This document shows, in pieces, positions 36,051-48,640 of a stretch of DNA of 52,591 nucleotides (position 1 is its first letter; every line of letters starts with the position of its first letter). The stretch comes from Chiloscyllium plagiosum (taxonomy: Eukaryota), in NCBI RefSeq assembly GCF_004010195.1, contig NC_057718.1, positions 74,992,289 to 75,044,879 on the forward strand. The letters are read 5' to 3'. The notes beneath the pieces are model-generated. The model saw nothing but the letters and a program-made list of their open reading frames with translations. It ran no database searches and had not been told where the DNA came from. The translations under genes and the position numbers were made by a program.

Positions 36051-36735
36051 GATTTGATTTGATTTATTGTCATGTGTATTTATTATGAAGACAGTGAAAT
36101 GTGTTTAATGTCACTACTCTCTGGTGCCATTTTAAAACACAGGAAATAAAGGAAAACGTAAACCATAAAGATAGAAAAAAAAGTTCATTGTAGTTTTATT
36201 TCAATCAAGTTAGGTGGTCTTTGGAACAGCCCTTGCTTTTAGCTCAATCATGGGCCTGGATCCAGGCTCCTCCACAGTGTTGCCTTAAGTCCATGCTGCT
36301 AAACTGACAACATTATTGCAACCATGATTTGCCGCCATTCCTGGAACAAAGAGCTGCCACTCTCTTACATCATCTTGCCACTGCCATGAGTTCACACTGG
36401 ACTGACCTCATCAATGCAACTGCTGGTGCCATATAGTCCTACAGTGGGAGCAAACTTGCCATCATCGCTGCCTCTACCATCAAGCAGCAGGGCCTAGCCG
36501 CGGATCTGGACCCTTGGATCAGCCTGCGAGACTGGACTGGGGGATTAAGCCCGAGACCTGCTCTTTGCTCATCAGGAGACCTCCGACTGGGGTGAAGCTA
36601 CATCTGTCTCGTCCTGGAGCTGCTGCAGCCACTGCCGGATGACTTCTCCTTCAACATTTACTTTGCCTTGCCGCTGCCCACCATTCTGCGCAGGGCCCAC
36701 TCTTACCGATACTTATTGTACAGGAGAGCAGCTCA
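36051..36735 (-). mobile_element. Putative non-autonomous element with Rex1/Babar-type 3' tail
   Basis: Tail gatttgatttgatttattgtcatgtg..acagtgaaa matches the Rex tail at 48641-48700. The body is GC-rich with no recognisable RT. Confidence 0.5.
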
Positions 36736-37254
36736 GAAATAGGATGTCATGGCCAATTCGTCAGCTGAGACATGACCCTTACAACTGGAGAACACCCTGC
36801 TGTTACACAATAGCTGTCTTTCAGAATGGAGCAATGTGATGACGAATGAAAATGGAATGCTGGCTTCGCCCCAGAGATGGGATAACTGACAATTGGACTC
36901 TATAGCACTCAAGCCTTTAATCACTCATCGTAAATGAATGAGAGCCCAATTAAATGATATATTGATCTATGTAGAGAGTAGGGAATAACAGCTTAATTAA
37001 TATTAGTAACTCAGCAAATCTGACCTAGATTTATTGCTTTAAATTCTGTACAAAATAAAGTTTTGATTGGCTGCCCAAATATATCAGCTGACTCCAGTTA
37101 TGAGGTATTAGGGCATACTATTTCTGATATTCGAAATCAGCTTTAATCCCTGAACACTTCAATGCACTTAACAGTCTGTTACACAGGGCAAGCAAATCAA
37201 ATACACCGGTTCTGTTTATTAAAAGATCATCTCTAAAAGGCAAAGTCTAATCTA

Positions 37255-38236
37255 TTTCCTACACAAATGCGGGATGGCTTCACAAGGCTCTGTATTGACA
37301 ATCAAAAAATTAATACAGTGACCAGAGCTGTCTCATACCTGAGATAAGTAAAGCCTACGTTGCCTACATGACCAAGATAGATTTACTCAAGACACCTGTG
37401 AAAAGAATATCACTGCCTTTGTAATTCTGGATGGGTTATACCAAATCATGCCATTTTGACTCTGAAATGCCCAAGCTACCATTCAAAGGCTGATGAATGA
37501 GATGGTAGCATTTTTTACCCAGATAAACCCAGTTTACTGCAGTGCCTAGGAAATGCATCAGAAAAAACAGTCAGCTGACCTTGCAGTCAATCTCGCAAAA
37601 AGTTATTAAGATGCAAGTGACTTATCTAGGGCATGTGGTGATTAAGGGATACGTCCTGCCCAGGTCCACAAATGTGCAAGCAGTAACACTACCATATCCA
37701 CGACCATATCAAAATGCCAAATTGTGAGGTTCTTGAGAATGAATGGGTTCTATTGAAAGTTCATCTCAAACTTCAACTCAGTGACTGTGCCACCAGCAAA
37801 GTTAGTATGAGCTGAGAAATGCTAAAGAGCTCTGAGAAAAGCTGAAGAACATGTTAATAAGTCTGTGCTTGAAGCTATGAACTTTGACTGAGCATTTAAA
37901 GTAGGCATCAATGCAAATGACATTGAATTAGGGGCTATTATCCTTAGGAAGAAAGGTTCAGAATAATGAAGCCAGTTGAATACAAATATCAGAAACAGTA
38001 CTCTATAGGAGAAAAGGAAAATCTTAATGTATTACTGGCTTTTAAACACGTTGAGAAATATGTTTGAAATGGGCAGATACACCACAATCTATTCTGACTA
38101 TAACGCATTAACTTCTGCTGAAAAGATTTAGATTGTCAGCTTATTCCAATAGAGTTTATTCCTTCAACTATACTGCACATCACACACATTGTCGGGGATT
38201 CAAATGTGATTGGAAATGCATTTCTTGGATCTTAAG
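37255..38236 (+). mobile_element. Gypsy-type pol remnant (RT and RNase H)
   Basis: DGFTRLCIDNQKINTVT, TAFVILDGLYQIMPF..NAQATIQRLMN, VTYLGHVV, FKVGINANDIELGAII, YSIGEKE, HIVGDSNVIGNAFS then stop. Confidence 0.85.
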
Positions 38237-38389
38237 AAGCGCTGGTCAGAACTGAAAATAAATACTGATCGAGGGAAGAGAAGGAATGGGTGTGAGATTA
38301 TGCTTATTTTGCAAAATTTTGTAACAAAATGAGGATGGGTTGATTTCCATTCATTTTGATAGTGAGTTTTATTCAGCCTGCTGGGGAAG

Positions 38390-39501
38390 TGTCATGATGA
38401 TAGGTTAGAACCCCAAACTACTTATAGACGTATTAGACTTTCAATTTCCACACTTGTTCTTCAAAATGACAATTGTGAATGAAAATTTTGTAGCTGGCAG
38501 AGTCCTGCGTAGACCCATGGAATGAGATACTTGTACAGATTCAGGGAAAGGTCAAATAGAAAGATTAAAAAAAGAAGTGATAATGTGAGGTGAGGCTGAC
38601 TTCCCACTTTTCTCTCAGCAGGAAAGGATCTCCTATAGACATGTTTGTGTTTTAATCTTCCAGGAATTATACAAGAAAAGTAAGTTAGAACTGACAGTGT
38701 ACGTATTAATGGCCTGAAAGACCTCTGCACTGTAGATAAAGAAAGGAAGTAGTCCCCTAGCATTAAACAGAATTTTAATTGAACTGCAGTCCAAGAATCT
38801 CAAAAGTGATTGCTCAATTGCCAACAGCCACACTACCAGGGTTGGCACAGTGGCTGAGTGGTTAGCACTGCTGCCTCACAGCACCAGGGATTGGGGTTTG
38901 GTTCCAGCCTTGGTTGACTGTGTGGAGTTTGCATTTTCTCTCCATGACTGTGTGGGTTTCCATCAAGTGTTCCAGTTTCCTCCCACAGTCAGGTTAGGTA
39001 GATTAGCCATGCTAAATTGCCCCATGGTGTATGGGCTAGATAGACTAGCCGGGTTAAATGTGGGGTTGCTGGAATGGGGTAGCGGTCCGGGTGAGATGCT
39101 ATTCGGAGGGTCAGTGTGACGATGGAATGAATGACCTCTTTCCCCACTGTAGGAAATCTATGGTCTAATGTAACAGCTGCAATTATCCATTATGTAGCCT
39201 TCAGGAATGATTCAGAGACCGATCTGTATTTTGTAAGTCTTTTTTTGGACCCTTATTCCTAATCCTTGTGTATGTTGCACTAATATTTCTTCTTGCATTT
39301 AGCAACAAATAAATTCACTCTTTATTAACATAAGAAAGCTTGGTTAAATTGGCTCTTTTTAAAACATAAATTGATTTAAGGGGAGAAAAATTAACCTGGT
39401 TGTGACCAAGTGGGGCAATAAGTGAATAAAGAAGGGGAGCCGGTTCACTGTGCTTCACCTAGAGCTCAATGATTTGGGATACCTTGTCTGGAATCATAAT
39501 A
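38390..39501 (+). mobile_element. Probable 3' LTR of the Gypsy element, interrupted by an HE1 SINE
   Basis: Purine run GGGGAAG then TGTCATGA; AATAAA at ~39308; the 3' part resembles 31780-32035. Confidence 0.55.
38839..39168 (+). mobile_element. Older HE1 SINE
   Basis: Diverged HE1 head, V-domain and tail. Confidence 0.9.
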
Positions 39502-39942
39502 AGTTGGAGGACCTTCATAATTAACTTTAAGCTGTGTGGCCATGTGATTGTGCAGTCATTAGTAAACTTCACACGTACTCATCTATGTACTGACGCATAG
39601 CTTCCACTTCCAGAAACTACTGCCTCACACGGGCCTGAGGTCTGGCAGCTTCAGGAAAAAAAATGACAGGGAATGCTGATTGTAACAATGTGTAATTGCA
39701 TTGAATGATGTGATATTGACTGGAAGTAGTAAACTTCAGTATCATACTCCTTATCTGAACTTGAGCTTGCAGAACAATAGGTCTCATTGTTCCAATCTTT
39801 AACATTTCTATCTTTCACATTTCTGGGTTTATCCCTTGAATTTTTCTTTGCTGTTTGGAATGTAATTATTTTATCTATTCTGAAATAACCCCTTTAATGT
39901 ATGCTACTGCATCTCTGTTGACCCTAATATTTAGCCACATTT

Positions 39943-40136
39943 AGGCAAAAATGAGGACTGCAGATGCTGGAAACCAGAGTTTAGACGAGTGGTGCTGGAA
40001 AAGCATAGAAGGTCAGGCAGCATCCGAGGTGAAGGCACCATTCCTGATGAAAGGCGTTTGCCTGAAACGTCGATTTTCCTGCTCCTCGGATGCTGCCTGA
40101 CCTCCTGTGCTTTTCCAGCACCACTCTGATCTAAAC
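39943..40136. mobile_element. Hairpin PLE-pLTR mini-element with perfect 14-bp TSD
   Basis: ATTTAGCCACATTT at 39929-39942 and 40137-40150; inverted arms at ~39979-40029 / 40084-40136. Confidence 0.92.
40040..40075 (+). ncRNA. Minimal type I hammerhead ribozyme motif (PLE-type)
   Basis: ATTC-CTGATGA-A-AGGC-GTTT-GCCT-GAAA-CGTC-GATT. Confidence 0.65.
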
Positions 40137-40169
40137 ATTTAGCCACATTTGTTAATTCACTTTAGCCAG

Positions 40170-40450
40170 CTCTGCCTTCATGCCCTCATTATTGCCCTTA
40201 TTTAAATTTTAAAAGAACAGCCTCAAATCCACGTCTTTCTCCCTCAAGCTCAATGTGAAATTCAGTCATATCTTGGTTGCTATATAGTTATGCCTTCGCT
40301 ATGTGACCATTACTTAATTCTATCATATTGCACAATTTCAGGTCTCATATACCTTGCACTCTGATCAGCGCCAAAACACAATGTTCGAAGGAAATAACCT
40401 GAAAGCATTCTAGGAACTTCTCATCGAGACTAACTTTGCTCATCTGACAT
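40170..40450 (-). mobile_element. Very old CR1 endonuclease fragment
   Basis: Degenerate FLEC..FEHCVLALIRVQGI*DLKLCN segment, resembling the CR1 FLEQxVxxPTRxxAILDLVLCN region. Confidence 0.45.
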
Positions 40451-40459
40451 TTGTCCATT

Positions 40460-41330
40460 GAAATACAAACAGAGAATAATAGAGAAACTCAGTCAACCTG
40501 GCAGCGTCTGTGGTGAGCGAATCAGAGTTAACCTTTCACTTGGAGTACGATATTTTGGAATTGAAAGGGCATAGAAATACAGAAATATAATAATTTTATA
40601 TTATTGGTAGAAAAGGGAGGTGAAGCAAAAACAAATATCTGGGCAAGGTTCCATAGATTAAATAGTAAAGACATAACTCAACACAAATCAAAGGGAGAGC
40701 TTTCGTGCTGAAACAAAGCACTGATGCAGAGAAGAAGTTAATTGCAAAATATTACTGTCTGAAAGCAAAAACATGAAAGCAAGGTATAGGCTGGCTCTTA
40801 TAGCAAATAAAAATTAAATTGAAGGACAGGCTTCATGATCTGAAGGTGATGAAGTAAATGTTGAGGCCAGCAGGCAGTAAAATACTTAATGGGAAATGAA
40901 GTGTTTTTCCTAAGGCTTGCAATGAGCTTTATCAGACCATTGCAACAGGCTAAAGATAGAAGGGAGGATGTTAATGAGTTAAAAGAGCAATCAACTGAAG
41001 TTGGAGGTTATGATGGCAGGCTGAGAGGAGAATTTCCACAAAGTGGTCACTCAGTCCACATTTATCCTTTACAGTGTAAAGGAGACTGTATTACGAGCAT
41101 AGACTGCAGTATACTCAATTTGAAGATGGCAAGGTGAAACACTGCTTCATCTGGAACAAATGTTTTGGCTATTGAACAGTGAGGAGAAAGGCGGTGTTAC
41201 ACCTCTTGTAAAGGTGGTCTGGAAAGGGGAAGGGATGTTGGGATGAGTGAAGAGTGGACAAGGAGGTTAAAAAGGGATTGATTCCTTTCAGTTGTGGAAG
41301 AAGGTGATGCACAGCTAGAGGCAACTCAAA
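40460..41330 (-). mobile_element. Old Penelope-like element 3' part
   Basis: pLTR-like gagaaactcagtcaacctggcagcgtctgtgg and a degenerate GIY-YIG end similar to 33480-33900. Confidence 0.65.
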
Positions 41331-41994
41331 CTAAAAGGAAGAGATAGGTTTGCTTACACATTCTGATCCTTGTGCTAGAGATCCTGCTGGCCATCATAGG
41401 GATGACTATTCCTGGGTTGTGACCATTGGTAGGACTGAAATCACTGAAGATGGTGGTATTGTCATAGATAATTACAGTTCTCACAAGCGACCTCCCTCTC
41501 ATTTCACTCTGTCCAGGTTATAGTCTGTACATGAACAGCAGCCACTCCAGATCTGAACTCTACAGTGGAAGCTCACATTGAGCTCATCATGTCTATAGAT
41601 TACAGTGTGCAGAGAAAATTGTAGGGTATCATAGCAGTCTAGCAATCTGTCCTCTAACAAGTTCCTAGTATTTCTGTGGTGTTGCATAAATCTGTAATTG
41701 TCCTCCTATCTCATTCTCTTGAAACTCACTAAGTATGTTCACATTCAAAGAATAGATACTGGACAAATATATAACCGAACAATAAATTATCAACATCATG
41801 AAGGGAGAAGATAATATAAAGGGAAATATTGACTTATTTTAACAGCCCCTAAACTTTCTAATTTATAAAACTAGGAAGGGCAACTTACATGCCAATTTTT
41901 CAGTAAGAACAGAATGATATCACATGAAAAAGGATTGTTTGTGACTTTATTCCCATTCCTATGGACAATCCATTTAAAAAAAACATTCAGGCAA

Positions 41995-42504
41995 TGTGGG
42001 CAATGCTGGCTGGGCCAATCACTAGTTACTCCGGAAAAGCAGTCAATGAGCTGTTTTCTTCGATCATTGCAGTCTATATGGTGCAGGATAGACCCACAAT
42101 GCCATCAGAATGTGAGTTCCAGGAGTTTGACCCCAAACCAATAACAAAGGGGCAATATAGTTTCAAGTCAGGATGGGGAGTGGCTTGAGGAGAGCTTGGT
42201 GGTGTTCACATGTATTGGACACTGTTTTCCCTATGGATGGTAGCAATCATTGGTTTGGAAGATTCTGCCTAAACAGCCTTGACTAAACCTTACAGTGCAT
42301 CATGTAGATGCTGATGCCATTGAATGTTAATGGTAGAGGGAGTTAATGTTTGTGGATGTAATGCCAAATACATGGGCTGCTTTATCCTACACTTTGTCCA
42401 GCTTGTTTAGTGTTTTTGGAGCTGCACATGGGAAACATTCCATCACATTTATGACTTGTACTTGCAATGATTGACAGATTTTCAGGAGTCAGGAGGTGAA
42501 TTAC
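41995..42504 (-). mobile_element. 3' fragment of the LINE family seen at 21690-22800
   Basis: Antisense similarity, including gagttccaggagtttgaccc and ggagtcaggaggtgaattac. Confidence 0.75.
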
Positions 42505-42829
42505 TGTTATGAAGTTGAAAGTGTGTACTGTACCTTTAAGAGAGAGTGAGTGCTATTTTGCACTGAGAGCTTATAAGCACCTGTCATATAACTAGCTACC
42601 AGTCTCAGGGTGAACTGGAAAATTGAAAATATGTAACATTTGGCTATGAAACTGATGCCTTGAGTTTTGGGTCCTACTTTGACAACACTTCAAATTTAAC
42701 CAGTTTAAATTATGCCCCAGGATACTAAAACTACATCAAGTTTGAATTTATTGTTTTTGCCAACCTTGAACCAATGACATGATCCAATGTTAGGGGTATA
42801 AAGAAGCAGGCATTTTGAAAGTTAGACAG
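42505..42829 (+). mobile_element. Truncated LTR (5' part), same family as 43858-44615
   Basis: Begins TGTTATGAAGTTGAA, contains CCAAT and GGGGTATAAAG, and is an inverted match to 44290-44615. Confidence 0.8.
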
Positions 42830-42849
42830 AGGTCTTATAGTCAGATTTT

Positions 42850-45110
42850 CAGGAGCTAGAGAAGAAGTCAAAATGTAGGCTCTGAAGGTACTGTTGTAAT
42901 GCTTCAAATATTCCTATTGCCACATTCTAACAAGAATAGAAAGAGGAAAATATTGAGGATCATTGTGCGGCTTGAGATATGATGTAGGAGATGGCATCAG
43001 ATTTCGGGAAATTGGGGCTTATTCTAATGGGACTGGTTTCACCTCAAAAAGGCTGGGACAATGTCTTCCAAGGGAGGTTCATGAGTGTGACTGGGGAGAG
43101 TTTCAATTAAATAGGCAGGAGGAACTGGCACCAGCAGAGAGGTAGCAAATAGGAATATAGGGATGCAAGTTGTTGTTTGTCAGTACAAAACTTAGATATT
43201 GCTGAAAAATAGACACATTTTATTGAAGCTTTTCACCACTCACATTTGCAAGAAATACCAATGCAAAGGGATAACAATCGTTGTATTGTATGATAACAGT
43301 AAAGCTTTGGGTGGTGCAAGAGAAGGAAGTAGTACCACATTACCTATCAGCAAACTAAGAATAAATAACTAAGTGAAATACCAGGACAGGTCAGGGTAAA
43401 TGCTCAAACAATGATGAATAAGGTTGTTGAGCTACAAGCACAAAGTTCTACATGAGAATATGAAGCAGTAACAGCACAGAAACGCGTTTTAAAAATGGTA
43501 AATGCTGGGTGATTGTGATTCAAGGATACAAAATGTTCACAAAATATAGGAAAGGAAAACAATGTAAATGGGATGGCAGTATTCATGAGAGAAGACTGTT
43601 GCCTTGAAAAAGGAGCGTATCAATTGGGGAGCAAGAATCTCTTTTGTTACATTTACAAAGCAAATTGGTATGATCATGATGTTAGGGGCATTCTGTAGGC
43701 CTCCAACTGATGAGAGAGATACAGAATCATACCTACAGGAAAATTGTAGAAATGCATAAGAACTATAGATTGGTGAACTTCAGCAACTATCATTGGAATG
43801 AACCTCCTGATGGAATGTCATGGCTCAATGAAGAAAAAGGTGTTGTTGGTTCTATTTTATGACATGAACCCTTCTGTTAATTAAACCAAACACCAAGAAA
43901 AGCTCACCTCGCCTCATAATCTGTTAAAGTATGAGTGACAGAGAACTCCTCAAATTCCATTGTTTACACAAAATGTATCAATTTATTACTTAACTCTAAA
44001 AGTGAACATTAAACAACAACTGCTTACAACTCTAAGGCTCCTTTCTCTTAAAGGTTTGTTATCTTCCTCCAACTCGATAACAATATACTGTTCCAATAAA
44101 AGCCCATCTTAAAATTGCATTAATTTAATTACAAAACCACTCAGTAGCTATCGTTGTCAGTGTCTGTTTTCTTTGAGCTACAGATCTCCGTGGGTCATCT
44201 TCAGTCTTTTACTGCAAAGATGTTTCATATGAAAAATGCACCTTTGATAGAGAGTATTTTGAATGGCAGTCTCTCAATGGCTGTTACTGTCTGGCTAACT
44301 CTCAAAATGCCTGCTTCTTTATACCCCTAACAATAATTATCTCACTGGTTCAATGTTGGCAAAACTGTAAATTCAAAGTCTATTGTGCTTTAGTATACTG
44401 GGGCATACTTTAGACTGATTGTTAAATTCGAATGGTTGTCAACATAGCAACCAAATCTCAGGTATTTGTTTCACAGCCAAATGTTACAAATTTTCAAATT
44501 TCCAGTACGCTCTGAGACTGCTCATCAATCACATAACAGATGTCTACAAGCTCTCAGTGCAAAACAGCTTTCGCACTCTCATTGAGGTACAGTACATGCC
44601 TTCAACTTCATAACATCAGGTGCTGGGGAATGAGGTGACGTGTGTGCCTGCATGCTGAACACTTGGGTAAGAGTGATCTGCGCAGTATAAGTTTTAGATT
44701 AATAATAGAGAGAGGCAAGGGAAAATCTAAAATGATACAACTAAATTGGGAGTGGAGTGATTTCAATGAGATGAGGTGGAATGTAACCAGCGCGAAATGG
44801 AAATCAAAGACTGACAGGAAAAATATAATGGAAAAATGACTGATCGATAAGGACATGTTGCAGGTTTACAATAGAGGCATTACAAAAAAAAGTGAAGGGA
44901 ACTGAAGGCCTGCTTCAGGGAAGTATATAGAAATGTGAGGGAGATAGAAAATTTGATGAAACATAAATACGTGTGCTATACACATCTTAGATGAAGTCTT
45001 CAAACAACAATCAGGCAAATACAATGAGTCAAGAGGGTAAATGAGGGAAATATACAATTAGCAAAGAATGAGTATCACAGCAGAATAACAAGGAACATTT
45101 GAAATGGAGA
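42850..45110 (+). mobile_element. Very old CR1 (ORF1 end, endonuclease, tether) interrupted by a solo LTR
   Basis: NAQTMMNKVVELQAQ, LGAFCRPP, EHLGKSDLRSISFRLIIER. Confidence 0.65.
43858..44615 (-). mobile_element. Solo LTR (~760 bp)
   Basis: Minus strand starts TGTTATGAAG, has GGGGTATAAAG and AATAAA, and ends ..GTCATA (decayed CA). Confidence 0.8.
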
Positions 45111-47262
45111 TACTGAATAGGTAGGCATATGTAGGTTGCTGATTTTCTTGTTCTGGGGCATTAGATTACATTGGTTGTGGTTCTGGATCCTTCAAGAGCT
45201 GTCTACTCTATGTAGTGGCTAACTCAGTCTTCTGATCAGTTTACAACTTTGAGTTACATACAGATTGAGTGTCTGCCTTTAGCTATCAAGGTAACTTTTC
45301 GGAACCTCCAATGCTCGCAGTCTTATCAGGTCTTTCAAGTCCTACATGCATTACGTTTGTTATCTGTAGTGGTTCAGCTCCAGGCAAAAGAGACATGCAT
45401 AGATAGTCCATCTCATTTACCCATAAATCCCGAGGATGAAACCATGCTGTAGACTTTGCGTACACCCCTTGCTTGGTGTTATGCTCCATGGGTCTCTCTG
45501 TGAGCATCACCATATACTCAGGTGCTGGAGAAATGGCATCACACCTGGCATAGATAGACATTGTTTCCTCATGGGACTGACCCGCTGAAGTGCTGACAAA
45601 TGTTCACAAATCTATAACTTTGATAATGATACCTGAGGCTTGCTATTTGGATGGAGAGGTATGTTGTTGGGACTCATCTCACTTCTCCAAGGGCAAATGG
45701 TCACAGCTTCATGAATTCCTTCTGTGGATCTATTAATGCGAATCAGATGGTGCCGTGAAATGAGTGTACCAGCTTTGATTCAGCGTGAGCTGGTATGAAG
45801 TGACACAGTAGTTTGAAACTGTGGTATATTCACAGAGGCTTCAAAAGTAACAGGAGCCCTGGTCAGCTGGACATCCTGCAGAGATGTGTGAAACAGCTAT
45901 TTACTCAACTGAGCTCCAGTGCCTCATCTTGATCAGGAGTTTCCAACAAAGACATACAGATATGCTCAGGCTCAACATGGTCCAGGATGTGATGGACCTA
46001 ATCATTACTTTACCAATGCTCCATTACTTCACAGTCAAGAGACCCTCAGTAACAGGTTGCCCTTCAATGACCAACCTCATTGCCATGGTCTTCTCCTCCG
46101 TCAGTGTCACTAGGGTGATGTCAGGTGATGATGCTTTCTGCTAATCATAGTGCAGATACAATGTCCTTCCTATCTAATGGTATATTTGTATTGGCCTAGT
46201 GTCACTCGCAAGCATATTCATTTAACCATCTCACACAGCATTCACCTGACTGATCATGGAGTTCAGGTCTGTGTGATGTGGGCATCTCAGTGTGGATATT
46301 GATACCATGTATTGCGCCATATATAGGGCACCAAAATAGCATCACATCACTTACGCAGCTTTTAATTCATGTTGGGCTTCCGGTTTGCAATTCTAATCGC
46401 CACTCATCTTCTCAAAATATAGCAGCTCCTTTAACCTCTTGCTGAACTATCCCTTGGATATTTGCACCCCCACCCATGCATTCTTGCCTTGGTTTGCTGG
46501 TCTCTTCCTTCCAACAGGACTTATCTTCTTTCTCCTTCTTCTTGTAGGAATACATCCAAGAAGACCCAGCTAAATTGTAAAGCCACCTGTGCTTACAGTG
46601 TAGTTACTCCTCCACTGACATTGTTGCTGAAGACCAACTGTTTACATACCTATATTGCAGCCTGCCTCAATGCTGCACCTGTAGGTCACCTTAGAGGATA
46701 CTGATGACACGATGGCCCTCCCATCACTCTTAACTGAAATTCTATTCTGCTTCTTGATGCTAAATTGCCTCTTCCTTGTAAAATCACTGAACAGGTCCCA
46801 TTGTTGGCCATTAACATCCCTAAAGATGGACAATTCTCTCCCTCTTCTCCCCCACCACAGTTTTTGGCCCATATCTGGTCATCCACTATTAGTAAAGCTC
46901 TGTCTTAAGTATCTGAGGTTATAATCGCTACAGGAGAGGAATGATGGAGAAATAAATTGTTATGAAACGTACTGAAAGAAATGAATATACTCGGAAGTGA
47001 TTGCGGGGATGTGATCTAAGTGACAAAATTTAAACAAGTCATTAACACAAAACTCAAATGGCTTTGAATTGACAATCAAATGAATTATTCTTGAACTCAG
47101 ATTCCGATATCTGTTATTCCCCAGTATTCTGCATCTGTTTTGTGTGCTGTTTTATTCAGCTTCTGAGCAAATTTTGTCAGAGCAACACTGCCAGTGGTGT
47201 TTGTGGCATTATGTAAATATGTTCCTGAGAGAATCAATACGTGTACTGTGATTACAGAACAT

Positions 47263-47951
47263 TTCAGGTTCATAGCTCCTTGAAAGTGGAGTTGCAAGTA
47301 GGATAGGGCAGAAGGCGTTTGGTATGCTTTCCTTTATTGGTCAGAGTATTGAGTACAGGAGTTGGGAGGTCATGTTTCAACTGTACAGGACATTGGTTAG
47401 GTCACTGTTGGAATATTGAATACAATTCTGGTCTCCTTCCTATCAGAAGGATGTTGTAAAACTTGAAAGGGTTCAGAAAAGATTTACAAGGGTTGGAGGA
47501 TCTGAGCTACAGGGAGAGGCTGAACAGGCTGGGGCTGTTTTCCCTGGAGTGTCGGAGGCTGAGGGGTGACCTTATAGAGATTTACAAAATTGTGAGGGGC
47601 ATGGATAGGATAAATAGACAAAGTTTTTTCCCTGGGATTGGCAAGTCCAGAACTAGAGGGCATAGGTTTAGGGTGAGAGGGGAAAGATATAAAAGAGACC
47701 TAAGGGGCAACTTTTTCACGCAGAGGATGGTATGTGTATGGAATGAGCTGCCAGAGGATGTGGTGGAGGCTGGTACAATTGCAACATTTAAGAGGCATTT
47801 GGATGAGTATATGAATAGGAAGGGTTTGGAGGGATATGGGCCAGGTGCTGGCAGGTGGGACTAGATTGGGTTGGGATGTCTGGTCGGCATGGACGGGTTG
47901 GACTGAAGGGTCTGTTTCCATGCTGTACATCTCTATGTCTCTATGACTCTA
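47263..47951 (+). mobile_element. 5'-truncated CR1 LINE
   Basis: LSYRERLNRLGLFSLECRRLRGDLIEIYKI..SRTRGHRF..WNELP; tail ctctatgtctctatgactcta. Confidence 0.95.
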
Positions 47952-48119
47952 AGTAAACTGTAGTAGGCTGCTTCCAATTTCTCAGAGTCTTTCTATGCAT
48001 GTATGACACTCAGTCAGTCTTTAGTGCATCAAAGTTTTGTCCTCTACCGCCTTTTATATCACAGTAGCCATTGTGCACATGTTGTATTAATATAAGACCA
48101 GTCAGTCACAACTAAGTGT

Positions 48120-48572
48120 TGATGATGGTGAAAGGTCAGAGTGGAGGGTGGAGCAGATAAGTGGGAAGGAAGATGGACAGGTAAGACAGTTCAAGAGGGC
48201 AGTGCCGAGTTGGAGGGTTGGATCTGGGATAAGGTAGAGGGAGGAGACAAAGAATCAATGTTGATTTCACCAGTTTCCTCATCTCCTCTCCCCCCACCTT
48301 ATCCCAATTCAACCCTCCAACTCAGCACCACCCTCTTCAACTGTCCCACCTGTTTATCTTCCTTCCCACCTATCTGCTCCACCCTCCATTCCGACCTATT
48401 ACCATGACCCGCCACCTTTTCCGCCTATCACATTCCTAGCTACCTTCACCCCTGCCCCACACCTTTAAGAAGAGCTCCTGCCCCTCAGATGCTGCCTGAC
48501 TGGCTGTGCTTTTCTAGCACCACACTTTTTGACACTGATCTCCAGCATCAGCAGTCCTTTCTTTCTCCTACT
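48120..48572. mobile_element. Penelope-like fragment with internal inversion
   Basis: Imperfect ~115-bp inverted arms (~48134-48247 / 48283-48396) followed by a sense pLTR (cagatgctgcctgactggctgtgcttttctagcacc). Confidence 0.85.
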
Positions 48573-48640
48573 CAACCTTTTTATGTCAGTCCAGTTCCCT
48601 GACTGGACCAGATTAATAGCCCCAATCAGGGAACACATAT

